DNA of 32,000 bases from positions 1-32,000 of the forward strand of contig JAIDOW010000068.1 of NCBI GenBank assembly GCA_029063085.1, given 5' to 3'. Positions 8,924 to 17,070 of the stretch are shown piece after piece. Under the pieces are notes generated by a model. The model did not search any database. It was not told the origin of the DNA and saw nothing but the letters and a program-made list of their open reading frames with translations. Position numbers and translations under genes: made by a program. Origin of the DNA: Lachnospiraceae bacterium (GTDB taxonomy: Bacteria; Bacillota; Clostridia; Lachnospirales; Lachnospiraceae). Each line of letters opens with the position of its first letter. The first letter of the stretch is position 1.

Positions 8924-9727
8924 TTAGTAACTTTCTATATCCACAACCTTTGTATCCGTTACATGACACGGAAGCACGCTGTCTGCAAAAGAAATAAATT
9001 TATCCACACCGTCACTGACATAGTATTCATATTCCGGCTTATGTTTATCCATATTGAGAATTCCTTGTTCTGCCAATAATTCCTTCAGACTCTTAGCCGT
9101 CTCAAAAGCCGGGTTCACCAGATGAACACGTTCTCCCATAAAACGTTTGATCGTGTTACGAATTAACGGATAGTGCGTACAGCCAAGTACCAGTGCATCC
9201 ACTTTATATTCCTTCATCTCATGCAGGTATCTCGCCACGATATCGTCCGTAACCCGGTCCTCCAAAAGCCCCTCCTCTACCAAAGGCACAAATAAAGGAC
9301 ATGCCTTGCTGACTACAGTAACTTCCGAATCCAGTTCCCTGATATAATCGTTATAAATACCGGATTTGATCGTACTCTCAGTTCCAATAATACCTACATT
9401 ACCGGTTTGGGTCGTCTCCACTGCCATTTTCGCACCCGGTTTTACTACACCAATAACCGGTATATCAATCTCCTTGTCAATCTCATCCAGTGCCAGTGCA
9501 CTGGCAGTATTACATGCTACTACAATTGCCTTCACGTCTTTTGTACGTAAAAAACGGACAATCTGTCTGCTATATTTTAACACGGTTTTCTTTGATTTGG
9601 AACCGTACGGAACTCTGGCAGTATCACCAAAATACACCAGATCTTCACTCGGAAGCTGACGCATAATCTCTCTTGCCACTGTAAGACCGCCGACACCGGA
9701 ATCAAATACACCTATTGGATTATTCAT
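8924..9727 (-). CDS. murI: Glutamate racemase
   Basis: DSGVGGLTV, VVACNTAS and LGCTHYP motifs are present. The ATG at 9727 follows AAAGGAAAC. The longer ORF reaching 9796 only translates the upstream repeat. Confidence 0.9.
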   Translation of the reverse strand: MNNPIGVFDSGVGGLTVAREIMRQLPSEDLVYFGDTARVPYGSKSKKTVLKYSRQIVRFLRTKDVKAIVVACNTASALALDEIDKEIDIPVIGVVKPGAKMAVETTQTGNVGIIGTESTIKSGIYNDYIRELDSEVTVVSKACPLFVPLVEEGLLEDRVTDDIVARYLHEMKEYKVDALVLGCTHYPLIRNTIKRFMGERVHLVNPAFETAKSLKELLAEQGILNMDKHKPEYEYYVSDGVDKFISFADSVLPCHVTDTKVVDIESY

Positions 9728-9750
9728 ATGGTTTCCTTTCTGGCGTTTTA

Positions 9751-9850
9751 TGACCAATTTTGTTTTGCACACCTTGTTTGCTGCCATAGTCGCCAAATGT
9801 ATCTACACTGGGCTCATTATTCGCACAAATTGATTACCTGCTTGCCCACT
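9751..9850. repeat. Intergenic repeat, type A copy 2 (between ddl and murI)
   Basis: See copy 1. The core is TTGTTTGCTGCCATAGTCGCCAAATGTATCTACACTGGGCTCATTATTCGCACAAATTGATTACCTGCTTGCCC. Confidence 0.8.
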
Positions 9851-9870
9851 GGGCTGGCTGCTCCCAAAAA

Positions 9871-10953
9871 TTAATATTTCCGCTTAAATGCAAGCTGTAT
9901 CTGTTTCTCCACCAGCTCTTCTATACTGATTCCCTGGGCTTTCCAGAGCATTGGATACATACTGATGGATGTAAAACCGGGAAGCGTATTAATTTCATTA
10001 AAGATAACCTGATTGGTATCCTTCTCCAAAAAGAAATCCACACGGGAAAGTCCGTAACCGTCTACTGCGGAAAAAATAGCCTTTGCAGCATTTCGTATCT
10101 CTTCTGTCTTTCCCTCCGGAAGCTCTGGCGAAATCACCGTCTTGGACTCTGCATTGGTATATTTGGCATCAAAATCATAAAATTCAGCTGCGGCTAAAAT
10201 CTCACCCACCCCGGAAGCCTCTGGCTGATCCGCACTTCCAAGCACGGCACACTCGATCTCTCTTCCCACGATGTTGCGCTCTACCAGAATTTTGGTATCA
10301 TGCTGTGCAGCAAGTTCCAATCCTTTTATCAGTTCCCCTTTGTCATGTGCCTTGGAAACACCTTTAGAAGAACCTGCTTTACTGGGTTTGATGAAAACCG
10401 GATAGTCTAATTTTTCTTCTACACGTCTGACCAAAGCATCCATCACACTGCTATCCTCTTTTGCCTGTTCTGTCTCCTTAGCCCGCACCAGTACATAATC
10501 TGCCTGCTGAATGCCTAAATCATCAACGATTATCTTGGTATAAACCTTATCCATGGCCACTGCGGATGCCAGCACACCGCATCCTACATACGGAATATTT
10601 GCCATTTCAAATAATCCCTGAATTGTTCCGTCCTCACCATACATACCGTGTAATACCGGAAAAATCACATCAATTTTTTTTGTGGTTACTTCGTCACTCT
10701 TGGAAATGATGATCTCCTTTTTAGCGGCATCCGGCGAAAGAACTGCCAAAGTATCTGAATTCACCCAGCTTCCGTCTTCTATCTTTTCGAGAGAATCCAC
10801 TAAAAGCCAGCTTCCTTTTTTTGTAATTCCAATATATGTGATGTCATATGTATCCTTATTGATCGCTTTTGCTATAGTCTGTACCGAAATACAGGAAATC
10901 TCATGTTCGGAGGACTGCCCACCAAAAATAACTGCGATGTTTAACTTTCCCAT
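9871..10953 (-). CDS. ddl: D-alanine--D-alanine ligase
   Basis: 360 aa with FGGQSSEHEISCIS, VLHGMYGEDGTIQG, the ATP-grasp block FIKPSKAGSSKGVS and NEINTLPGFT. Confidence 0.93.
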   Translation of the reverse strand: MGKLNIAVIFGGQSSEHEISCISVQTIAKAINKDTYDITYIGITKKGSWLLVDSLEKIEDGSWVNSDTLAVLSPDAAKKEIIISKSDEVTTKKIDVIFPVLHGMYGEDGTIQGLFEMANIPYVGCGVLASAVAMDKVYTKIIVDDLGIQQADYVLVRAKETEQAKEDSSVMDALVRRVEEKLDYPVFIKPSKAGSSKGVSKAHDKGELIKGLELAAQHDTKILVERNIVGREIECAVLGSADQPEASGVGEILAAAEFYDFDAKYTNAESKTVISPELPEGKTEEIRNAAKAIFSAVDGYGLSRVDFFLEKDTNQVIFNEINTLPGFTSISMYPMLWKAQGISIEELVEKQIQLAFKRKY

Positions 10954-10973
10954 ACGCTATTCCTTTCCAATGA

Positions 10974-11013
10974 AACTGCCGTCCCACAATGTTAAATGGT
11001 GAAAACGGCAGTT
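10974..11013 (-). terminator. Hairpin between metG and ddl (weak or partial terminator)
   Basis: A perfect 9-bp stem AACTGCCGT/ACGGCAGTT with a 22-nt loop lies 16 nt after the metG stop. The minus-sense tail is only TTTCATT, so it is probably leaky. Confidence 0.45.
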
Positions 11014-11028
11014 CTTTTCCATATTTTT

Positions 11029-12987
11029 TTAACAAATTTCCGAGCCGTGAGGCATATCCTTTTCCGCTGTCACCAATGCAAGATTACCTTCTGCATCCTC
11101 TGCACAAAGAATCATACCCTGTGATTCGATTCCTGCTAATTTAGCGGGTTTTAGATTTGTCACAACGACCACTTTTTTACCTACCATATCCTTCGGAGAA
11201 TAATGCGCCTTGATACCGGATACGATCTGCCTTACCTCACTTCCAATCTTTACCTTGGAGCAAAGTAATTTCTTTGATTTCTCCACTTCCTCACAGGCGA
11301 TCACTTCCCCGATCTGAAGCTGAAGCTTATCAAAATCTTCAATGGTTATCTCCGGTTTTTTCTCAATATCGATTCCCGGATTGTCATCCACCGCTTCCGG
11401 CTCTGGTTCAGGTTCCGGCTGCATTTCTTCTACCTTAGCCATAACCTCTTCCAAATCCAGTCTCGCAAATAAAATCTCCGGTTGTTCCGTAACCTTCGTT
11501 CCCGACTTGTATCCACCAAATTTCACCAAATCATTTACTTTACGCTTTGGAGCATTTAACTGGGTAAGAATCTTTTGTGCAGTCTCTGGCATAAATGGCT
11601 CTAACAAGGTTGCGCCTATTACGATACTTTCTACCAGATTATAAAGGACTGTTGCCAAACGGTCTTTTTTGTCCTCTTCCTTTGCAAGTGCCCAGGGCAT
11701 GGTCTCATCAATATATTTATTACAGCGTTTAAACAGATTGAAGATTTCTGTTATGGCCTCTGCCACTTTAAGCTTATCCATTGCACCCGAAACACGGATT
11801 CTGGTATTTAATGCATAATCCATTAATTCTTTATCAACATCTTCATTTACTTTTTTATTATTTACTTCCCCGTCAAAATATTTATTTGACATTGAAATAG
11901 TACGGTTCACCAGATTTCCAAGGGTATTTGCAAGATCGGAATTCAGACGTTCTACCATCAGCTCCCAGGAAATAACCCCATCATTTTCAAATGGCATCTC
12001 ATGCAGAACAAAATAACGGACTGCATCCACACCGAATAATTCCACCAGATCATCCGCATAAATTACGTTTCCTTTGGACTTACTCATCTTACCATCACTC
12101 TGGATTAACCACGGATGCCCGAATACCTGCTTGGGAAGGGGCAGATCCAAGGCCATCAGCATAATTGGCCAGTAAATCGTATGGAACCTCAAAATATCCT
12201 TACCGATCAGATGCAGATCACAAGGCCAGTATTTATCAAACATCCTGTCACTCCGACCCTCTAAATCAAATCCTAATCCGGTAATATAGTTTGTCAACGC
12301 ATCTATCCATACGTATATAACATGCTTTGGATCAAAATCAACAGGAATCCCCCACTTAAAGGATGTACGGGATACACAAAGATCCTGAAGTCCCGGTAAC
12401 AGGAAGTTGTTCATCATTTCATTTTTACGGGATTCCGGCTGAATAAAATCTGGATGTGTATTAATATAATCAATCAGCTTATTCTGATATTTTTTCATCT
12501 TGAAAAAATATGCCTCTTCCTTAGCCGGCTCTACAGAACGTCCGCAGTCCGGACATTTCCCATCAACAAGCTGGGATTCCGTAAAAAATGATTCACACGG
12601 GGTACAATACATTCCCTCATATTCCCCTTTATAGATATCTCCCTTGTCATATAATTTTTTGAAAATCTTCTGAACCTGTTTCTCATGATCTTCATCCGTT
12701 GTTCGAATGAATTTATCATATGATGTGTTCATTAAATCCCAAATCCGTCTGATTTCTCCGGCAGTCTGGTCTACATATTCCTTTGGTGTAACCCCTGCTG
12801 CTTCCGCTTTTTGTTCTATCTTTTGTCCATGCTCGTCTGTTCCGGTCTGAAAACGAACATCATACCCTGCGAATCTCTTATATCTTGCAATACTGTCTGC
12901 AAGCACGATTTCATAGGTATTTCCAATGTGCGGTTTGCCTGAAGTGTAGGCAATTGCTGTAGTAATGTAATACGGTTTTTTTGCCAT
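11029..12987 (-). CDS. metG: Methionine--tRNA ligase with C-terminal tRNA-binding (EMAPII-like) domain
   Basis: HIGN (KPHIGNTYE) and KMSKS motifs, zinc-knuckle cysteines (CTPCE...CPDCG) and a C-terminal domain ending LKPAKLAGIESQGMILCAED. Confidence 0.95.
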   Translation of the reverse strand: MAKKPYYITTAIAYTSGKPHIGNTYEIVLADSIARYKRFAGYDVRFQTGTDEHGQKIEQKAEAAGVTPKEYVDQTAGEIRRIWDLMNTSYDKFIRTTDEDHEKQVQKIFKKLYDKGDIYKGEYEGMYCTPCESFFTESQLVDGKCPDCGRSVEPAKEEAYFFKMKKYQNKLIDYINTHPDFIQPESRKNEMMNNFLLPGLQDLCVSRTSFKWGIPVDFDPKHVIYVWIDALTNYITGLGFDLEGRSDRMFDKYWPCDLHLIGKDILRFHTIYWPIMLMALDLPLPKQVFGHPWLIQSDGKMSKSKGNVIYADDLVELFGVDAVRYFVLHEMPFENDGVISWELMVERLNSDLANTLGNLVNRTISMSNKYFDGEVNNKKVNEDVDKELMDYALNTRIRVSGAMDKLKVAEAITEIFNLFKRCNKYIDETMPWALAKEEDKKDRLATVLYNLVESIVIGATLLEPFMPETAQKILTQLNAPKRKVNDLVKFGGYKSGTKVTEQPEILFARLDLEEVMAKVEEMQPEPEPEPEAVDDNPGIDIEKKPEITIEDFDKLQLQIGEVIACEEVEKSKKLLCSKVKIGSEVRQIVSGIKAHYSPKDMVGKKVVVVTNLKPAKLAGIESQGMILCAEDAEGNLALVTAEKDMPHGSEIC

Positions 12988-13019
12988 CCTTTTTCCCTCC
13001 TAATACTTCGAATGAAAGA

Positions 13020-13140
13020 ATTTGCTTGCTTCTTGGACTTCCATGGTATAGAGTTTCATCAGCGAAACTCTTCGCCTGTGGCACGTCGCACAAGCGACAT
13101 ACTTCCAAATCGCCGCAGTGCAATCGTCAGTGGAACGTTT
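13020..13140. repeat. Diverged member of the intergenic repeat family, between the T-box terminator and the metG start
   Basis: Gene-sense CCACTGACGATTGCA...GCGATTTGG...GCGACGTGCCACAGG parallels B1 CCAAGTGACTGCTTGCAGGTATTTGGCGACTGCCACGAGG. It carries an 8-bp hairpin AGAGTTTC/GAAACTCT. The similarity is weaker than among the A or B copies. Confidence 0.35.
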
Positions 13141-13185
13141 TTAACTTTAGTAAAAAATTATCCCTTCAGGATTTCCTATAAAGTT

Positions 13186-13498
13186 AAAAATAGCCCGCCT
13201 TTATCAACTTTAAAGGCGAGCTTATCTCTCACGGTACCACTTTAATTCATCTGCATATTACTATGCTGACCTTACTAGCTGGCATCTGCCAGCTTACACT
13301 ATAACGGGTGCACCCGTCACCCTGCTAAGAAACTGCTATTGGATACTCATTTCTTAATTCATCCAATCCATCCTCACAGGAGAAGCTCCAAGACCATCTT
13401 CAATCTGTTCCATCTTTCCCTGTTCTCAGCTTATCAGGTTCTCTGTTAAAAACTTTCCAAATCTACTCTTCTTTTCATCGCTCATTCTATTTTCGACT
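13186..13498 (-). promoter_or_regulatory. T-box riboswitch leader of metG (predicted Met-specific)
   Basis: The minus-sense T-box sequence AAAGTGGTACCGTGAG lies at 13228-13243. The terminator GCTCGCCTTTA/TAAAGGCGGGC (13193-13221) with a TATTTTT tail overlaps the antiterminator. Stem I elements (GAGCGATGAAAAGAAGAGTAG, AGAGA, GCTGAGAAC) lie near 13430-13490. Several AUG triplets (for example 13412-13414) sit in the expected specifier region. Confidence 0.8.
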
Positions 13499-13505
13499 AA
13501 CTTCT

Positions 13506-13534
13506 ATTATATGCAATTATTCCCATTCTGTCAA
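13506..13534 (-). promoter_or_regulatory. Sigma-A type promoter of the metG T-box leader
   Basis: Minus-sense TTGACA (13534-13529), a 17-nt spacer, then TATAAT (13511-13506). This is a perfect consensus. Confidence 0.7.
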
Positions 13535-13578
13535 GGCTGAAAAACCGCACATTGTCTTTTATAAAATTGGGGCATTCC

Positions 13579-13640
13579 AAAAAAACATCAGTGTACCTTC
13601 CTGACTTATAATACTAACAGTCATTCACAGCACGCTGACG
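13579..13640 (-). terminator. Intrinsic terminator after the small membrane ORF
   Basis: An 11-bp stem (one mismatch, two G-U pairs; arms 13586-13596 and 13630-13640) with a 33-nt loop, followed in minus sense by a run of 7 T. It is a paralogue of the terminator at 13924-13978. Confidence 0.7.
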
Positions 13641-13654
13641 GCTTATCACATCTA

Positions 13655-13846
13655 TTAATCTGGCATTGATGAGTACGTTTCTTTTAATATCCCTCCAGCT
13701 CCTTCGTAAAAATTCACAACTTCCGTTTGCCGTAAAGCCCCGGCTTCTGTCTCATTATTCTTCTCTTTTCCAGTAAATATCACAAAAGAAAAAGAAATTA
13801 AAAATAAAGCAGCCACTAAAATCGTGAGTACAATTCTCTTTTTCAT
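13655..13846 (-). CDS. Small hypothetical membrane or secreted protein (63 aa)
   Basis: The ATG at 13846 follows GGAGGAGG(N8). The sequence MKKRIVLTILVAALFLISFSFVIFTG is a signal/anchor helix. The gene has its own terminator. No family was recognised. Confidence 0.45.
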   Translation of the reverse strand: MKKRIVLTILVAALFLISFSFVIFTGKEKNNETEAGALRQTEVVNFYEGAGGILKETYSSMPD

Positions 13847-13923
13847 CTTACCGACCTCCTCCAACTCTCCTATATACTACTTATTATATTGCTCCTTCTT
13901 AGAATTGTCAATTACTTCAGTTC

Positions 13924-13978
13924 AATAAAAGCCGTCAGTGTACTTTCCTGATTTTGTCATTCATAGCACACTGACGGC
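13924..13978 (-). terminator. Intrinsic terminator at the end of the long ABC/adaptor operon
   Basis: A perfect 11-bp stem GCCGTCAGTGT/ACACTGACGGC with a 26-nt loop lies 15 nt after the stop at 13993. The minus-sense tail is TTTTATT. T-rich sequence on the plus side makes it potentially bidirectional. Confidence 0.8.
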
Positions 13979-13992
13979 TTTTATCCATTTCT

Positions 13993-15348
13993 TTACAGGG
14001 AAAACATATCTTCTCCCGTTATTGTACGAAGTTCTGCCTCATCTGATGGATTTTCCTCTTCCAAATCCCTATCATCAACATTCTCTTCCTCGTCTTTTTC
14101 ATATATACCATCTTCCGAATCTTCTTTAGATACTTCATAATCTTCTGCTTCAGGTTCTTCCTCTTCCAAACTCGCTTCCGCAAAATCCTCATCATCCAAA
14201 TCTGATTCCTCTGACTGCTCCTCTAAAAGTTCTTCTTCCTGTCTCTTCGCCTCTCGCTTTTCTTCCTGCTTTTCCCCAACCTTCTCAACTATTCCTAGGA
14301 AAATACTCTTTGCGGTCCAGGTTTTACGATTCCACAGACCATATATCCATAAAACCAGGCAAATACAAGGGAAAATCAGTAATATCACACGGATGACCAG
14401 TAAAACCATCTGTTTCTCCTCTGCTGTCCTTGCAATATTTTCCCAGTAAGGATAGCCGATACTGTTGGTTCGCATACTTCTAAACTCAAGAGTTTTCAGA
14501 CTCATAATTAACGGCATTGTTTCATAACGCTTTGTATTTTCAATTACTTCAACATCATCAAAATTCAACGGATTTTCATCCTGTCCCAACTGTTCCTCCT
14601 CTTCTTCCATTCCAAATGCTTTTTTCAACGCATAATATCCATAATTAGAAATCGGATTCGGAAGTACGGCCTCATAACAGGTAATATTCAGGCTCTCCTG
14701 CTGGCTCTTTAGCTGGTCATAGGACATATAAACCCGGTTGCTTCTTCCATAAGCTGTTTTATATAGATCATCCTCATCTACTGCGACCACACCCGCAATT
14801 ACGTAAATGGTATTCCCCATCCATACCTGCATTCCAATGATATCATTAGAACCGAACATTGCCCATGCAAAATTCTCATCCACTACGATCCGGTCATGGT
14901 TCAAATCTTCATCCGAAATATAACCTCCTGAAAGAAGCGGAATCGGATGGAACTGAAAAAAGTCTCCGCCAACCCCTACTGCCGTGACATTTAAAGTATT
15001 GTAATCTTTTCTGATATCTGCCTTGCATTCTCCGCTGTATGCGTCAATCCAGACCCTTGCATTTCCTGCTGATTCATTATAGGAATCTTTGGAAAGCGTC
15101 TCCATCAGGGAACTCCGAACCGATGACAGATCCTCTTTCTGCATTTTCCGTTCCGGCGAAACAAATGCACTCACCTGTGCATAAGAAACATCTTTATTCT
15201 CCCACCGATTGGCACACTGCTGGGAATATAAATCCTTCACTGCATTTCGGGCAAAGGCAGATACTATGATAAACGCAATCAATAGCAATGCATTTATCAG
15301 TAGAAGAAGAGCCTGTTTTCGATTCAGATTTATTTTAATAATCCTCAT
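13993..15348 (-). CDS. Bitopic/two-TM membrane protein with a MacB-like periplasmic core domain and a long acidic C-terminal tail (no FtsX domain)
   Basis: The order is TM1 (ALLLLINALLLIAFIIVSAF), then about 290 aa of extracytoplasmic domain with the MacB_PCD-like pattern (VGVGGDFFQFHPIPLLSGGYISDEDLNHDRIVVDENFAWAMFG...IYVIAGVV), then a single TM2 (MVLLVIRVILLIFPCICLVLWIYGLW), then about 100 aa of E/D-rich tail. The SD is GGGAGA. Confidence 0.65.
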   Translation of the reverse strand: MRIIKINLNRKQALLLLINALLLIAFIIVSAFARNAVKDLYSQQCANRWENKDVSYAQVSAFVSPERKMQKEDLSSVRSSLMETLSKDSYNESAGNARVWIDAYSGECKADIRKDYNTLNVTAVGVGGDFFQFHPIPLLSGGYISDEDLNHDRIVVDENFAWAMFGSNDIIGMQVWMGNTIYVIAGVVAVDEDDLYKTAYGRSNRVYMSYDQLKSQQESLNITCYEAVLPNPISNYGYYALKKAFGMEEEEEQLGQDENPLNFDDVEVIENTKRYETMPLIMSLKTLEFRSMRTNSIGYPYWENIARTAEEKQMVLLVIRVILLIFPCICLVLWIYGLWNRKTWTAKSIFLGIVEKVGEKQEEKREAKRQEEELLEEQSEESDLDDEDFAEASLEEEEPEAEDYEVSKEDSEDGIYEKDEEENVDDRDLEEENPSDEAELRTITGEDMFSL

Positions 15349-15361
15349 ATCATTCTCCCAT

Positions 15362-17056
15362 CTACTCTACCAGGCGCACCTGCATTCCTTCCTCTAACGG
15401 TTTAGAAGAATTTGTTACTACATTATCATATTCATATACACCGCCTGTCACTCCCGAAGAATTATCGTCCGAGGCCATTACCTCTATATCTGCACGCTTT
15501 ACCTTGTAGCGGTTTCCGAGAGGCGTACCCTTTACTGTAACAACCAGCACAAATTTACCCTTGCTGTCTTCTCTGATCGCATTATTGGGTACAACCGTAT
15601 CATACCGGTTACTTTTTTCTCCCACGGAAAGTGCCAGATTCTGGCCTACATCTATATTACCTTTCACCTCAAAAGTAACAATCATATTCTGATTCGGATT
15701 TTCGGTATCCGCTTTAATACTCTTAACGGATGCCTGTGTATCGTCATCCCATATATTTTCAACGGTTGCTTCATTCCCCACTCTGATCAACTTGCTCTGG
15801 GCTTTTGTTATGGTTCCCTTCACAATATAACCACTCTGGGCAAGCTGAATCTTTGCAAGCGGTGTATCTGCTGTCACACTGTCGCCTTCTTTAAAGTCAA
15901 TCTGTGCCACAATGCCTTCTTCTTTTGACTTTACTTCCTTTAAATCATTACTGTTTTTTAATTTTTCAACCAGCTGCTTCTGCTTTTCAATTTTATCCCT
16001 TGCCGCCTTCATATCCATATCCTCGGCCTGCTGTGTCAGGGAGTCCTGTTTCTTTTTATCAGTCAGGGCAAGCAGCATCTGGTCTAATGCTTTCCGTTTC
16101 TCTTTTACGGCAGCCTTTGCCTCTTCCAAAGTAGGTACTCCGTTTAATTCCTCTACCTTTGCGTTCTTTTCTGCCAGCGTCTCCTGCAATCCGGCTAATG
16201 TCTTATTTTCCTTTGCCAGATCACTCTTCAACTGATTATACGTACCGCTGGTCGTCTTCAGCGTTTCTGCTATCTTCTTCTCATTTTTTAAATCCTGCTC
16301 TTTATTCGCAATTTCCAGTTCTTTATCACGTATGCCCCGGGTAATCTCCTTTGTATCTTCTCCATTTGCCTGGGCATCCTTTAAATCTTCTTTTAAATCA
16401 GCCAATTGTGTTTTCAGAGATTCCAGTTCTTTTGTAGTTGCCGCCACCTGTGCCTGTGCCGTCTCATAATCCCCGATTTCACCATAAGCGTCTATTTTTG
16501 CCTGTATGGCATCAACCTTTTTTTGCTGTGCTGCCACATTCTTTTTTGCCGTCTCTGCTTCCTTTTTCGCTTTTTTCAGATTCTTGGAATTGGTAGCAGC
16601 CTTTTCCTGAGCCTTGATTGCCGCATCCAGATCATCTTTTGCCGTTTTGATATCCATATTATCACTGGTATAATCCGGCATGGATTTCAGCAGGGATTTT
16701 GCATAATCCAGTTCCATCTGATCCAGGGTATTCTCTGCTTCAGTCAATTCCGTATTCTCACCTTCATCAAAGGTAAATAATACCTGATCCTTTTTTACCG
16801 TATCTCCTACTTCAACCTTAACTTCTTTGATTATCCTGGAACCACTGACAGTAACCTCATAATCCGAGTTTGTTTCCACCGTTCCCTGTACTCTTACCTT
16901 ATTGGATACCGTTCCCGAGCTTACCGGTTCTGTTGCCACTTCCGGCAGAGAATAATTCATAATGGTATTTGAAAAAAATGTTAAAACCAGCATCGCAGCC
17001 AAAAAAACGATTGCGGCTTTTTTAATAATTTGTTTACGGCTTGTCTTTTTTTCCAT
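15362..17056 (-). CDS. HlyD/MFP-family periplasmic adaptor with an extended coiled coil
   Basis: An N-terminal TM is followed by lipoyl-like half motifs (GSRIIKEVKVEVGDTVKKDQVLFTFD ... EGIVAQIDFKEGDSVTADTPLAKI) separated by roughly 280 aa of K/E/A/L-rich coiled coil, then a C-terminal beta-barrel-like region. The SD is AGGAGG. Confidence 0.8.
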   Translation of the reverse strand: MEKKTSRKQIIKKAAIVFLAAMLVLTFFSNTIMNYSLPEVATEPVSSGTVSNKVRVQGTVETNSDYEVTVSGSRIIKEVKVEVGDTVKKDQVLFTFDEGENTELTEAENTLDQMELDYAKSLLKSMPDYTSDNMDIKTAKDDLDAAIKAQEKAATNSKNLKKAKKEAETAKKNVAAQQKKVDAIQAKIDAYGEIGDYETAQAQVAATTKELESLKTQLADLKEDLKDAQANGEDTKEITRGIRDKELEIANKEQDLKNEKKIAETLKTTSGTYNQLKSDLAKENKTLAGLQETLAEKNAKVEELNGVPTLEEAKAAVKEKRKALDQMLLALTDKKKQDSLTQQAEDMDMKAARDKIEKQKQLVEKLKNSNDLKEVKSKEEGIVAQIDFKEGDSVTADTPLAKIQLAQSGYIVKGTITKAQSKLIRVGNEATVENIWDDDTQASVKSIKADTENPNQNMIVTFEVKGNIDVGQNLALSVGEKSNRYDTVVPNNAIREDSKGKFVLVVTVKGTPLGNRYKVKRADIEVMASDDNSSGVTGGVYEYDNVVTNSSKPLEEGMQVRLVE

Positions 17057-17070
17057 CTTCTTCCTCCTGA

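Noticed and set aside
8670-8969. A 99-aa ORF spans the A1 repeat. Similar N-terminal extensions occur on murI (9728-9796) and the GH13 gene (29803-29856), and the A1 ORF and the GH13 extension contain the shared peptide IWRLSQQ.
   Set aside because: The shared peptide is only the translation of the DNA repeat. The third copy is read in a different frame, there is no RBS, and better SD-preceded starts exist downstream. These are treated as non-coding.
12911-13123. A 70-aa minus-strand ORF covers the repeat-like segment upstream of metG.
   Set aside because: It overlaps the metG start out of frame and has no RBS. It is a translation of structured leader RNA.
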